Source: an uncultured virus (IMG/VR IMGVR_UViG_3300034104_004763) (Duplodnaviria; Heunggongvirae; Uroviricota; Caudoviricetes). Taken from it: a stretch of 55,301 nt of DNA. Below the pieces are notes generated by a model. That model saw only the letters and a program-made list of their open reading frames with translations. It did no database searches and was not told where the DNA came from. The translations under genes and the position numbers were made by a program. Positions 19,458 through 28,663 of this stretch are shown in pieces; position 1 is the stretch's first letter; every line of letters begins with the position of its first letter. The stretch lies in the IMG/VR virus record IMGVR_UViG_3300034104_004763. One strand, 5' to 3'.

Positions 19458-22400
19458 ATGAGTTTTTCATACAAAACATTAAATTCAAATGATATATCAT
19501 TAACCTCCTATATTGCTAATAAACAATGGGGGGTTAATAATACTACTTTATCTCAAAATGGAGTTACAATTTATATAGGTGAGAATTTACCTATTGATAG
19601 AACTAATCCTTTTGATCCTATAAATGACTCACAAACAGCAAACGAAGAATATAGAAGATTAGTTTATGATTCTATAAAAAATCTTTATTACCAAAACTAC
19701 ACCTCAGGATCACTTACAGGACGATTTTTCCATTCATCATCATTTTTTAACTATGAGCAATCTACTTTGACTTCAGGGTCAATGCTAGCTGCAAATAGAA
19801 ATATACCTACTTTAACAGGTAGTTCTGCTATTGGTACTAATCCTACTCTTTTTAATAACACTCTATATAATATATCATCAAGTTTATATGATGAAACTGG
19901 ATTTGATCCTGATATAGGAAGTAAAATAGTTGTAATATCAATTGATCAAAATATTTTCGGTTCAGGATTATCTCCTAAATCTGTAGTAATATCAGGTTCA
20001 ACTTATAATATCCAAGATGATGGTGAAGGTAATTTATTAGATACTTTAGCTACTTCTTCTTTATATATAGGTAATGTATTTTATTCTCAAGGATTAATAG
20101 TACTTACAGATCAAGATTATTTATGTATATTTGGAGCTCCTCCAACTACAGCTAATGATTATTATTTATACCAAAATACAGAATATCTTTCTCAATCACT
20201 ACAAATATTAACAAATGATTTTGCTGATTGTGGTAATTTAGATCCTACATCAGTACAATTAATGTCTGTACCAGGATTTAGTTTTCCTAATTATACTATA
20301 AATAATGGTATTATAACTATAACACCTGATCAAACTAGTGTAATACCTGGTAATTATAAATTAGAGTATACTATTGGAAATTTTAATGGAGTAAGAAGTA
20401 ATACTAGCTCAATTGATTTAACAATAACTGCTTTATCTTTAGAAATTAATAACCTAATAAGTTCATCAGTTTGTTTTAATTCAACTGCAAGTGTACCTGT
20501 AACATTTTCTATCAATTATGGGGTACCTCCTTATAGTTATTCTTTAAATAATGAAACTACATATACAGGAATACCTGGATTTTTTAATAAAACTGTTAGT
20601 GGTAGTATAACTTCTTCTAATAGTAATGTTATTTATGTTAAAGATTATTTAGGAACTACAATATCCCAATCATTTAATTCTTGGTATCCTGGTATATCAT
20701 ATACAACTAGTATAATTAAATTACCATGTTCTAGTATTAGCAATGATGGTATAATAACAATATCCGATGATGGGACTGGAACCTCTGTTTCTGCTTCTAT
20801 AGATAGTGGTTCATATTTTCCTTTACCTAAACAATTTACAGGATTATCAACAGGTTCACATACTATAGCAGTTAAAAATTCATTTAATTGTATTACAAGT
20901 TCTATAGTAAATTTAGGAGTTTATTCTGCTTTAACTGCTAGTGTAACTCAATCTAATATACCTTGTTATGGTGGGTCTAATGGGTCTATAACTGTAGCAT
21001 TTACAAATGTAATTGATAATTTAATAGTTAATCTGTTAGATGCTACTGGAAGTAATATCTATACTAATGTTAGTCTAAGTTCATTCCCAAATAATACTGT
21101 AACTGCTTCTGGTTTAGTTACTGGAAGTTATAATTTAAATGTAACAGCCTCTGGTATAAATCAATGTCAATCTTATAGTAATACTTTTACTTTAACTTCA
21201 CCTACAGCTCTAACTTTAACTACTACAGCTTCTTATATAGATTCATGTTCTAATGCAATTATTATAAATGGAAGTGGAGGAACTCCTCCTTATACTTATT
21301 TTGCTTTTAATACAGGATCAGGATTAACGTATTCTTCAGATTCAAGTTCTATAAGTTTAAATGGGCTAAGTTCTGGAACCTATACAACTTTCTTAATAGA
21401 TAGTAATGGTTGTTCTTCTCCTACTTCAAGTATAGAAATATTTGAAAGAAATTATGTTTATACTGGTTCATTTTGTGTAACTTCTTCAGGAATTAATACA
21501 GGATATGTTTCAAGTTCAGGAATACGACAAATTTTTAATTCAGGAATCTACTCAGGTTCAGTAGTAACTTCTAGTTATTCTAACGGAACTACTCTATTTG
21601 GTCCTACTATAAACTTTACAGAATTATTTATCTCAGGAACAAATGATGTTATAATTAAATGTAATACTAATGTATATTATAGATATTATCTAGATATTGC
21701 TCAATGTACTCCTCCAACAGCTTGTGTTCCTCCTATAATAACAGATGTAACATTACTTGGATGCGACGATGCTAGTTTTAGATATCAATATAATATATAT
21801 TTCAACTCAGCTTCAAATTCTGCCTCTTCTATGTCTATTGAATACAGTCTATACCCAGATTTTAATGGGCCTATAGGATATAGAAAATTTACCCTACCTG
21901 ATTCCCCTCCAGGAGGTGAAATAGTTGTAAGAACGTTTGGTGGACTTACATCATCTCTCAACCAGCCTTTTGCTAATTCATATGATTATAGAGCCCAACC
22001 AGTATATTTTAGAGCTTTTAATAGTTGTAGTAATGGGGCTACTTCTTCCTACAGTAATATAATATCTGCTTCATGCCTAATTATAGACCCAGTTCCTGAA
22101 TTTGAACCACTTACTATACAATTCAAAAATTTATCAGGTCAAAGCGTTGAATATTTTTTAAATAATGGTTCAGGTATTACAGTAGTAAATAATGCTACTA
22201 ATACTTTTACTGTATCTGACCCATTAGAATTTAATCTAGATTTTAGTATATTGGGAAGTAATAATTATGCTGGCTTTATAGACCAAAATGGATATTATGT
22301 ATATAGTATGACAGTATCTGGTAGTAATATCCTTATTGGTAATGTAATTACATCAGTTATCCCACAAATAAACTCAGGAAACTATCCATATTCTTTAATT

Positions 22401-22538
22401 AGCCCTTACACTCCAGCTCAAAATGTACAATTTGCTTCTAATGGTGATGAAATAAGTACAGATGTAAGTGTTTATATAGATAGAACAAGTTATACACCTG
22501 CTGCAACTATAAAATTAACTATTAATAATTTCGCATAA
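19458..22538 (+). CDS. putative tail fibre/adhesin with SprB-like and Ig-like Cys-containing repeats
   Basis: C.GGSNGSITV, G.PPY.Y, GL..G.Y...V/I.D.NGC repeats; 1026 aa, S/T-rich. Confidence 0.65.
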   Translation: MSFSYKTLNSNDISLTSYIANKQWGVNNTTLSQNGVTIYIGENLPIDRTNPFDPINDSQTANEEYRRLVYDSIKNLYYQNYTSGSLTGRFFHSSSFFNYEQSTLTSGSMLAANRNIPTLTGSSAIGTNPTLFNNTLYNISSSLYDETGFDPDIGSKIVVISIDQNIFGSGLSPKSVVISGSTYNIQDDGEGNLLDTLATSSLYIGNVFYSQGLIVLTDQDYLCIFGAPPTTANDYYLYQNTEYLSQSLQILTNDFADCGNLDPTSVQLMSVPGFSFPNYTINNGIITITPDQTSVIPGNYKLEYTIGNFNGVRSNTSSIDLTITALSLEINNLISSSVCFNSTASVPVTFSINYGVPPYSYSLNNETTYTGIPGFFNKTVSGSITSSNSNVIYVKDYLGTTISQSFNSWYPGISYTTSIIKLPCSSISNDGIITISDDGTGTSVSASIDSGSYFPLPKQFTGLSTGSHTIAVKNSFNCITSSIVNLGVYSALTASVTQSNIPCYGGSNGSITVAFTNVIDNLIVNLLDATGSNIYTNVSLSSFPNNTVTASGLVTGSYNLNVTASGINQCQSYSNTFTLTSPTALTLTTTASYIDSCSNAIIINGSGGTPPYTYFAFNTGSGLTYSSDSSSISLNGLSSGTYTTFLIDSNGCSSPTSSIEIFERNYVYTGSFCVTSSGINTGYVSSSGIRQIFNSGIYSGSVVTSSYSNGTTLFGPTINFTELFISGTNDVIIKCNTNVYYRYYLDIAQCTPPTACVPPIITDVTLLGCDDASFRYQYNIYFNSASNSASSMSIEYSLYPDFNGPIGYRKFTLPDSPPGGEIVVRTFGGLTSSLNQPFANSYDYRAQPVYFRAFNSCSNGATSSYSNIISASCLIIDPVPEFEPLTIQFKNLSGQSVEYFLNNGSGITVVNNATNTFTVSDPLEFNLDFSILGSNNYAGFIDQNGYYVYSMTVSGSNILIGNVITSVIPQINSGNYPYSLISPYTPAQNVQFASNGDEISTDVSVYIDRTSYTPAATIKLTINNFA

Positions 22539-22843
22539 TGGCAGCTATAGTACAAGATCCAAATGCTACTTTAAATTTCAAAAACGAATATATCGTTTAT
22601 GAACAGGAAGTTCGTTGTAAAGTCGGAGAAAACGATTTTAACATGTCTTTAAACCCTACAATATCAACAGATAATTCAGGTTCATTAAGAAACTTTGCTA
22701 CAAGTTCATTCTTTGCTCCTTATGTCACAACAGTAGGATTATATAATAATAGAAATGAATTATTAGCTGTAGCTAAATTAGCACAACCAATTCCTCTTTC
22801 TTCAACAACAGATACAGTTTTTGTAGTTAAATACGATATTTAA
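22538..22843 (+). CDS. stand-alone tail-collar-like module, paralogous to the C-terminus of 18402..19454
   Basis: NDFN...NP...TTVGLYN..NELLAVAKL..P shared with 18402..19454. Confidence 0.75.
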   Translation: MAAIVQDPNATLNFKNEYIVYEQEVRCKVGENDFNMSLNPTISTDNSGSLRNFATSSFFAPYVTTVGLYNNRNELLAVAKLAQPIPLSSTTDTVFVVKYDI

Positions 22844-22857
22844 AATAAAATATAACT

Positions 22858-23310
22858 ATGGTTACAACTCCAACTTGGATTTATAAAGGTAAAGTAATAA
22901 CAGAAATATCAGATATGCCCGAAAATACTTTCGGGTTTATTTATGAAGTAACACATTTACCTACAGATAAAAAATACTTAGGTAAAAAACAATTAATGTC
23001 AGTTACTAATAAAGCATTAGGTAAAAAAGAATTAGCTTTAATTACTGATAAGAGATTAAGTAAGAAAAAACAAGTAATAAAAGAATCTGATTGGAAAACT
23101 TATTATGGTTCACAATCAGAAATAAAGCAGTTAATAAAAGACGGTAATAAAGAAGATTTCAAACGTGAAATACTTTGTTTTGTTCCCACAAAAAAATTAT
23201 TAACTTACTATGAAACAAAATATTTGTTTGTAAATGAGGTATTAGAATCTGGAAGTAATTATTTTAATGATAATATAGAAGGACGTTATTTTAGGAAGGA
23301 TTTTATTTAA
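22858..23310 (+). CDS. GIY-YIG nuclease (short, resident type common in T4-like phages)
   Basis: GFIYEVT....KKYLGKK, ESDWK.YYGS, F.REIL, Y.E, YFNDNI. Confidence 0.75.
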   Translation: MVTTPTWIYKGKVITEISDMPENTFGFIYEVTHLPTDKKYLGKKQLMSVTNKALGKKELALITDKRLSKKKQVIKESDWKTYYGSQSEIKQLIKDGNKEDFKREILCFVPTKKLLTYYETKYLFVNEVLESGSNYFNDNIEGRYFRKDFI

Positions 23311-23337
23311 TATTCTTGGTAAGTTTTTTCTATTTTA

Positions 23338-23346
23338 ATATTTATA
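23338..23346 (+). promoter_or_regulatory. putative late promoter ATATTTATA carried by the endonuclease cassette
   Basis: Upstream of 23360. Confidence 0.7.
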
Positions 23347-23359
23347 ATAAATAATAATT

Positions 23360-23986
23360 ATGATAGGAATATACAAAATTACAAACCCAAAAGGGAAAAT
23401 TTACATTGGACAAAGTATTAATATAGAAAGAAGGTGGAGAGAATATCAAAGATTGCAATGCAATCAATCTCTTAAATTATATAATTCTTTAAAAAAATAT
23501 CAATATGAAAATCATATGTTTGAAATAATAGAAGAATGTGATATTGATTCATTAAATGATAAAGAAGAATTTTATATATTAAAATTTAATAGTCATATTA
23601 ATGGTCTTAATATTAAATTAGCATCTAAACCTTCATGGACTGGGAAAACCAGACCAGAACATAGCAAATTAATGAAAGAAATTTCTAGTTTTAGATATGA
23701 AAGAACCCCAGAACATAAACAACAATTAAGAAATATGATGTTAAATGTGTGGGAAAATAAAGGTAAAGAAATAAGTAAAAAAATATCTCAAAATAAAATA
23801 GGAAAAGGAACTAAATCCATATTATGCCATGAAACTCAAATCGTGTATAATAGTATAAAAGAATGTAGTGAGAAAATGAATATTAGTAAAGGATTAATTT
23901 GTAGTTTTGTCAAGGGTAAATATTCTTACCCCACATTAAAAGGATTTACTTTTTCTTATGCAAAAGACTTTGATATCATAAAATAA
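23360..23986 (+). mobile_element. free-standing GIY-YIG homing endonuclease gene (Seg-like)
   Basis: MIGIYKITNP.GKIYIGQS.NI..R, E...I, GLN; C-terminal IENR1/NUMOD1-like helix-turn-helix (Y.SI.EC...MNI). Confidence 0.85.
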
Positions 23987-23997
23987 TTTCATATATT
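23970..23997 (+). promoter_or_regulatory. host-type promoter for the primase operon
   Basis: TTG(23970-23972)-N19-TATATT(23992-23997). Confidence 0.55.
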
Positions 23998-24016
23998 ATA
24001 ATAAAATCCTCTCATC

Positions 24017-24169
24017 ATGAAACGTTACAGCTTGTATCACAAAAATTCAGACGAAGCTATTAATTCAATTAAATCAGCATCTTTAGAAGGAGCTATATTA
24101 TTTTTCGCTTCTCAAAAAAGATTAATGTTAAATTTATTTAATGGATTATTTGATGTAAGAGAATCCTAA
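24017..24169 (+). CDS. 50-aa hypothetical protein (not in ORF track)
   Basis: MKRYSLYHKNSDEAINSIKSASLEGAILFFASQKRLMLNLFNGLFDVRES; fills the gap between promoter and primase. Confidence 0.6.
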   Translation: MKRYSLYHKNSDEAINSIKSASLEGAILFFASQKRLMLNLFNGLFDVRES

Positions 24170-24183
24170 ATAAAAACAAGGTT

Positions 24184-25116
24184 ATGGTAAATGGAATATT
24201 ATTAGGTCTAGTACAATCTGTACTAGGTAAAGGCAATGCTACTTCTAAAGGTAACTATGCCTTTCACTGCCCTCTATGTAATCATAGAAAACCCAAATTA
24301 GAAATAAATCTAGTCCCTACTTCTAAAAATGAAAATCCCTGGCATTGTTGGGCGTGTGATGCTAAAGGTAAAACTATATCTTCTTTATTTAAGGCTGTAA
24401 AAGTAGAAGGAAACAAATACTCTGAACTAAATTCTATATTAGGTACTACAACTAAAATAGACCAATCAGATTTTAACCTTAACGTTGAATTACCGAAGGA
24501 ATATAAACCTCTATATAATATATCAAAAACAGATATTATCGCTAGACACGCGTTGTCTTACGTTAAAAAACGCGGTATAACACCTGTAGACATACTTAAA
24601 TATCAAATTGGATATTGTGAAACAGGAAGGTATGCTAATAAAATTATTATACCTAATTATGATTCTAGAGGTAAATTAAATTATTTTATAGCTCGTTCTT
24701 TTGAAAAGGATCCTGCTAAAAAATTTGATGCTGTATCGGCTGATAAAAACTCAATAATTGGATTTGAAAATTTAATAAATTGGGATTTACCTGTTATACT
24801 TTGTGAAGGTGCATTTGACGCCATTGCTATTAAAAGAAATGCTATACCCTTATATGGTAAAACCTTATCAAAACAATTAACTAAAAAATTATTAACAAAT
24901 AATATAAAAGATATTTACTTAGCTTTAGATAATGATGCTTTAAAAAGCACCACTAAAATAGCTGAGGAACTACTCAATTCAGGAAAAAAATTACATGTTA
25001 TTCAATTAGACGGTAAAGACCCAAGTGATATGGGATTTGAACACTTTACTCATTTAATTCAAACTTCACAAGAATTTACTTTTTCTGATCTTTTTTCACT
25101 TAAATTATCCCTTTAA
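24184..25116 (+). CDS. DNA primase (DnaG-type, zinc finger plus TOPRIM)
   Basis: CPLC..H...WHCWAC, LCEGAFDA, LALDND, KDPSD. Confidence 0.92.
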   Translation: MVNGILLGLVQSVLGKGNATSKGNYAFHCPLCNHRKPKLEINLVPTSKNENPWHCWACDAKGKTISSLFKAVKVEGNKYSELNSILGTTTKIDQSDFNLNVELPKEYKPLYNISKTDIIARHALSYVKKRGITPVDILKYQIGYCETGRYANKIIIPNYDSRGKLNYFIARSFEKDPAKKFDAVSADKNSIIGFENLINWDLPVILCEGAFDAIAIKRNAIPLYGKTLSKQLTKKLLTNNIKDIYLALDNDALKSTTKIAEELLNSGKKLHVIQLDGKDPSDMGFEHFTHLIQTSQEFTFSDLFSLKLSL

Positions 25117-25119
25117 ACT

Positions 25120-25878
25120 ATGAGCTACGAAAGAATTTTAAAAATTTCAGACGATCACCAACAAATTACTCTACCAGATTCTAGATTTTATCAAAGAAAT
25201 GGTGAATATTATCCATCAATTACCCATGTATTATCTTCATATCCTAAAGGTAAACATTTTGAGGATTGGTTAAAAAAAGTAGGATACTCATCTGAATACA
25301 TTGTTAAAAAAGCTGCTGAAGAAGGAACTCAAACTCACAATCTATGTGAGGATTATTTAAATGGTAAAGAATGTACTTTTTTAGATCAATATCATAAACC
25401 TAAATACATACCTGAAGTATGGAAAATGTTTATAAAATTTGTTGAATTTTGGGAAACCTATAAACCTAAATTAATTGAAACAGAAGTACACTTATTTTCA
25501 GATGAAGAAAAAGTAGCAGGTACTTGTGATTTAGTAGTTGAAATAGAAGATGAATTATGGGTTTTAGATTTAAAAACATCAAACCATTTACAAACCACTT
25601 ATGATTTACAAACTGCTATTTATAGTAAATGCTATGAAGAAGGTTTTGGAAAAAAAGTAGATAGAAGAGGGATATTATGGTTAAAATCATCTAAACGTGG
25701 TATTGATAAATCTGGTAAGAAAATGCAAGGTAAAGGTTGGGAAATTGTTGAATCTGATAGAACACAAGATGAAGATTTAGAAATTTTTAGATGTGTTAAA
25801 AAATTATTTGATTTAGAAAATCCTAATCCTAAACCTAGTATTGAAGAATTAAAAACTGTAATCAAAAGAGGGGAATAA
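25120..25878 (+). CDS. PD-(D/E)XK exonuclease
   Basis: YPSIT.VL, GT..H...E, E......AGTCD, DLKTS, Q...Y. Confidence 0.85.
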   Translation: MSYERILKISDDHQQITLPDSRFYQRNGEYYPSITHVLSSYPKGKHFEDWLKKVGYSSEYIVKKAAEEGTQTHNLCEDYLNGKECTFLDQYHKPKYIPEVWKMFIKFVEFWETYKPKLIETEVHLFSDEEKVAGTCDLVVEIEDELWVLDLKTSNHLQTTYDLQTAIYSKCYEEGFGKKVDRRGILWLKSSKRGIDKSGKKMQGKGWEIVESDRTQDEDLEIFRCVKKLFDLENPNPKPSIEELKTVIKRGE

Positions 25879-25887
25879 ATATTTATA
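25879..25887 (+). promoter_or_regulatory. putative late promoter ATATTTATA
   Basis: Immediately after the exonuclease stop. Confidence 0.7.
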
Positions 25888-25907
25888 TTAATAACTAAAT
25901 ATACAAT

Positions 25908-26915
25908 ATGTTTATTTCTGAAAGAAAACAATTAGGTACAGTATACCATTTTACCAAAATAACTTCTATAAAACCTATATTAGAATCTAATTCTTTTAGA
26001 GGTTCTGAAATAGGTACATGGAATTATGAAAGAGATTTTCAATTTTTTAAAAAAGATGAAAAATACTTTATAGAAAAAGGTATAACTCATTTATACTTTT
26101 TTTCAACTACTCGTAATAAATTATTTTATAAAAGAGGATCTTATGGTGTAGGAGGAATGACTGCTCGTATTGTTTTAGATGGTGATAAATTATCTAGTAA
26201 ATATCGATCTGTTCCTTTTAGATACTATGATGATGAACCTAAATCTGAAGGTTCAGACGAATCTGAAGAAAGAATCATATTAGGTCTTAAAAAAGAAATC
26301 CCTAACGCTAAAAATTATATTAAAGAAATTCATATAATGTTAGATGTGATAGAGGATAATGAAGCTTATTTACAAGAGGCTGAAAAATTGCAAAATTATG
26401 ATCCTTCATTAATTAAACTTTATTATAAAGAGAAAGAAATTACTATGGAAGATTATAGAAATAATATTTTACCTACTCTAGAACCTTATAGAGACGAAGA
26501 ATTAGATGAAGATGATGGGTCTTTTGAATACAGAGGTGGCCCAATACTACATGAAGGATTTACTCCTCAAAAAGCTCCATTAATGAAAAAATTTGTTGAC
26601 TATGCTTGTAGTAGATTAAATATAGATGAACCTAAAATAGTAATAATTAACTCCCCAAAATATGCCTCTACTAATCATAGTTTTGGTTTATATGGAAATG
26701 ATTCTCAACGTATTAAAGTAGTGGTTCATAATAGAAACATGGCAGATATTTTAAGAACATTAGCTCATGAATTAGTTCATCATCAGCAAAATCTTCAAGG
26801 AAGAATGTATGATGGAGCAGGTGAAGATGGTTCACCTATTGAAAATGAAGCTCACTCTGTTGCAGGAGTGTTAATGAGAGAATTTGGACGTCAAAATCCT
26901 GAAATATTTGAATAA
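25908..26915 (+). CDS. two-domain protein: possible ADP-ribosyltransferase-like N-domain plus HExxH metallopeptidase
   Basis: C-terminal RTLAHELVH..Q...E.EA zincin motif is clear; N-terminal YHFT/FSTTR/ESEE triad is tentative. Confidence 0.6.
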   Translation: MFISERKQLGTVYHFTKITSIKPILESNSFRGSEIGTWNYERDFQFFKKDEKYFIEKGITHLYFFSTTRNKLFYKRGSYGVGGMTARIVLDGDKLSSKYRSVPFRYYDDEPKSEGSDESEERIILGLKKEIPNAKNYIKEIHIMLDVIEDNEAYLQEAEKLQNYDPSLIKLYYKEKEITMEDYRNNILPTLEPYRDEELDEDDGSFEYRGGPILHEGFTPQKAPLMKKFVDYACSRLNIDEPKIVIINSPKYASTNHSFGLYGNDSQRIKVVVHNRNMADILRTLAHELVHHQQNLQGRMYDGAGEDGSPIENEAHSVAGVLMREFGRQNPEIFE

Positions 26916-27467
26916 ATGATATCATTGAGTAATCTTTTTGAAGAAGAAAAACCTAAAATAAATTATCAAATCTACTGTGATATGGATGGGGTTCTTTGCG
27001 ACTTTGAAGGTCGCTTTGAACATTTTACTGGTCTAAGTCCTGATCAATATAGAAAAAAAGCTCAAAAAGAATATGGGGATAAAAAAGTAGATGAAAAATT
27101 TTGGGATATAATAGATCATCAAGTAGGTTTAAGATTTTGGAGAGGAATGCCTTGGATGCCTGGAGGTAGAGAATTGTGGGATTATATTAAACCTTACAAA
27201 CCTACTTTACTTACTGCTCCTTCATGGCATAACTCAAGCAGAGAAGGAAAACAATTATGGGTTGAGGATCATCTAGATACTGAAAAAATCAAAATACCTA
27301 TAATCTTTAAACAAGCTGATAAAAAAGCAGATTTATCAAGTCCAAATAAAATTCTTATAGATGATAGAGAAGATACCATTATGGATTGGAAACATAAAAA
27401 TGGTATTGGAATTTTATATAAAAATGCTGAACAAGTAATAAACGATTTAAAACAATTAGGAATATAA
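26916..27467 (+). CDS. HAD-family 5'(3')-deoxyribonucleotidase
   Basis: DMDGVLCDF, LTAP, GK..W, K, ILIDDR. Confidence 0.9.
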   Translation: MISLSNLFEEEKPKINYQIYCDMDGVLCDFEGRFEHFTGLSPDQYRKKAQKEYGDKKVDEKFWDIIDHQVGLRFWRGMPWMPGGRELWDYIKPYKPTLLTAPSWHNSSREGKQLWVEDHLDTEKIKIPIIFKQADKKADLSSPNKILIDDREDTIMDWKHKNGIGILYKNAEQVINDLKQLGI

Positions 27468-27470
27468 GTT

Positions 27471-28040
27471 ATGTCACAATTAAATAGAGAATTCCAAGAA
27501 AGAGACATTCAAAGAATGCGTAATATTATTTCAGGTCAAACTGCAAATGCAACTAGAATTCAATCCGGTTATACTAAAGAACAAGTTAAACATACTGAAG
27601 GTGATATATGGGAAGAAAACGGTAAAACTTGGACTATTCACAACGGTATTAAACAAACTGTCACCAAGCACGATGCTTTAAAGGCAATGGTTGAATTTCC
27701 ACTTACTTGTCCATGTTGTTCTAAACCAATGAAAGATTTTCATTTAAATAGAAAAATGTATAACATACATCAAAAATGTTTTGATTGTGTTATTGAAATG
27801 GAAGGTAAATTAAGAATAACAGGTGAGTATGAAGCATATGAAAGAAAAATGCTAAATGCTAATAAAAACGCTACAATAGATGATGCTGAACAAATGTTTG
27901 ATGAATACTTTAATTCTAAAAATGAAACATATGTTACTGAAGCAGGTGATATAGAAAAATGGGATGGTGGTAGTGTTGATCCTGAAGTTATAAAAATGAT
28001 CAAAAATAACATAAAACGATTAAGAAACTTAGAAATATAA
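27471..28040 (+). CDS. hypothetical protein with zinc-binding motif
   Basis: CPCC...CFDC; EGDIWEENGKTWTI. Confidence 0.7.
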   Translation: MSQLNREFQERDIQRMRNIISGQTANATRIQSGYTKEQVKHTEGDIWEENGKTWTIHNGIKQTVTKHDALKAMVEFPLTCPCCSKPMKDFHLNRKMYNIHQKCFDCVIEMEGKLRITGEYEAYERKMLNANKNATIDDAEQMFDEYFNSKNETYVTEAGDIEKWDGGSVDPEVIKMIKNNIKRLRNLEI

Positions 28041-28049
28041 ATATTTATA
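28041..28049 (+). promoter_or_regulatory. putative late promoter ATATTTATA
   Basis: Upstream of 28064. Confidence 0.7.
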
Positions 28050-28063
28050 TCAAAACTAAACTC

Positions 28064-28663
28064 ATGAAAAATCAAACTTTAAAAAACATAATTAAAGAAA
28101 GCATAACTGATTATTTATCTGAATTAAATACTGATCCTAGCGTACCTAAAGATTCTACAGATATGACTTTGGATATGATGAAAAATCCATTACCAACTCA
28201 AACAAAAGAAGTATTAGGTACAAGTGCTCCAGGTACAATGTTTGAAGACAAAGTAACTAAAGACAAATATGTTTATTTAGTTAAAGAAGCTATGAATGAA
28301 TCTACTGAAAAAGATTTAGTTGAGAAAAAACTTTTACTAGATTTAATTGGTGAGGGATATAAAGGTGCTTACCTAAATGAAGCTACCGCTATGAAAGCAG
28401 CTAAATTTGCTGTTAAAGAGCGAGAAACTTTAATGAAAGAAAATATTAAAAAAGGTCAAGTTAAAGTAGGTGGTTTAGAAAAACAAGTAGCAGATTTAAA
28501 AGCTGAAATGGCTAAACTAATTGATAATCCTGAAATGAGAGGTGAATTATCAAACTATACTGCTAAATTAGAAAAAGCTGAACAAGTTTTAGAAAAATTA
28601 AAAGCAGCATTAGAAAAATCAGCTCCTAAAAAAGAAAAGAAAGAAAAAAAAGATGACGAATAA
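28064..28663 (+). CDS. putative internal head protein
   Basis: LKNIIKE...LSE leader, coiled coil, basic tail. Confidence 0.55.
   Translation: MKNQTLKNIIKESITDYLSELNTDPSVPKDSTDMTLDMMKNPLPTQTKEVLGTSAPGTMFEDKVTKDKYVYLVKEAMNESTEKDLVEKKLLLDLIGEGYKGAYLNEATAMKAAKFAVKERETLMKENIKKGQVKVGGLEKQVADLKAEMAKLIDNPEMRGELSNYTAKLEKAEQVLEKLKAALEKSAPKKEKKEKKDDE

Noticed and set aside
19458..22538. Diversity-generating retroelement target
   Set aside because: No reverse transcriptase and no adenine-variant template/variable repeat pair seen in the window
25120..25878. Cas4/CRISPR system
   Set aside because: Ordinary phage PD-(D/E)XK exonuclease without the four-Cys cluster pattern; I saw no repeat-spacer array or other cas genes
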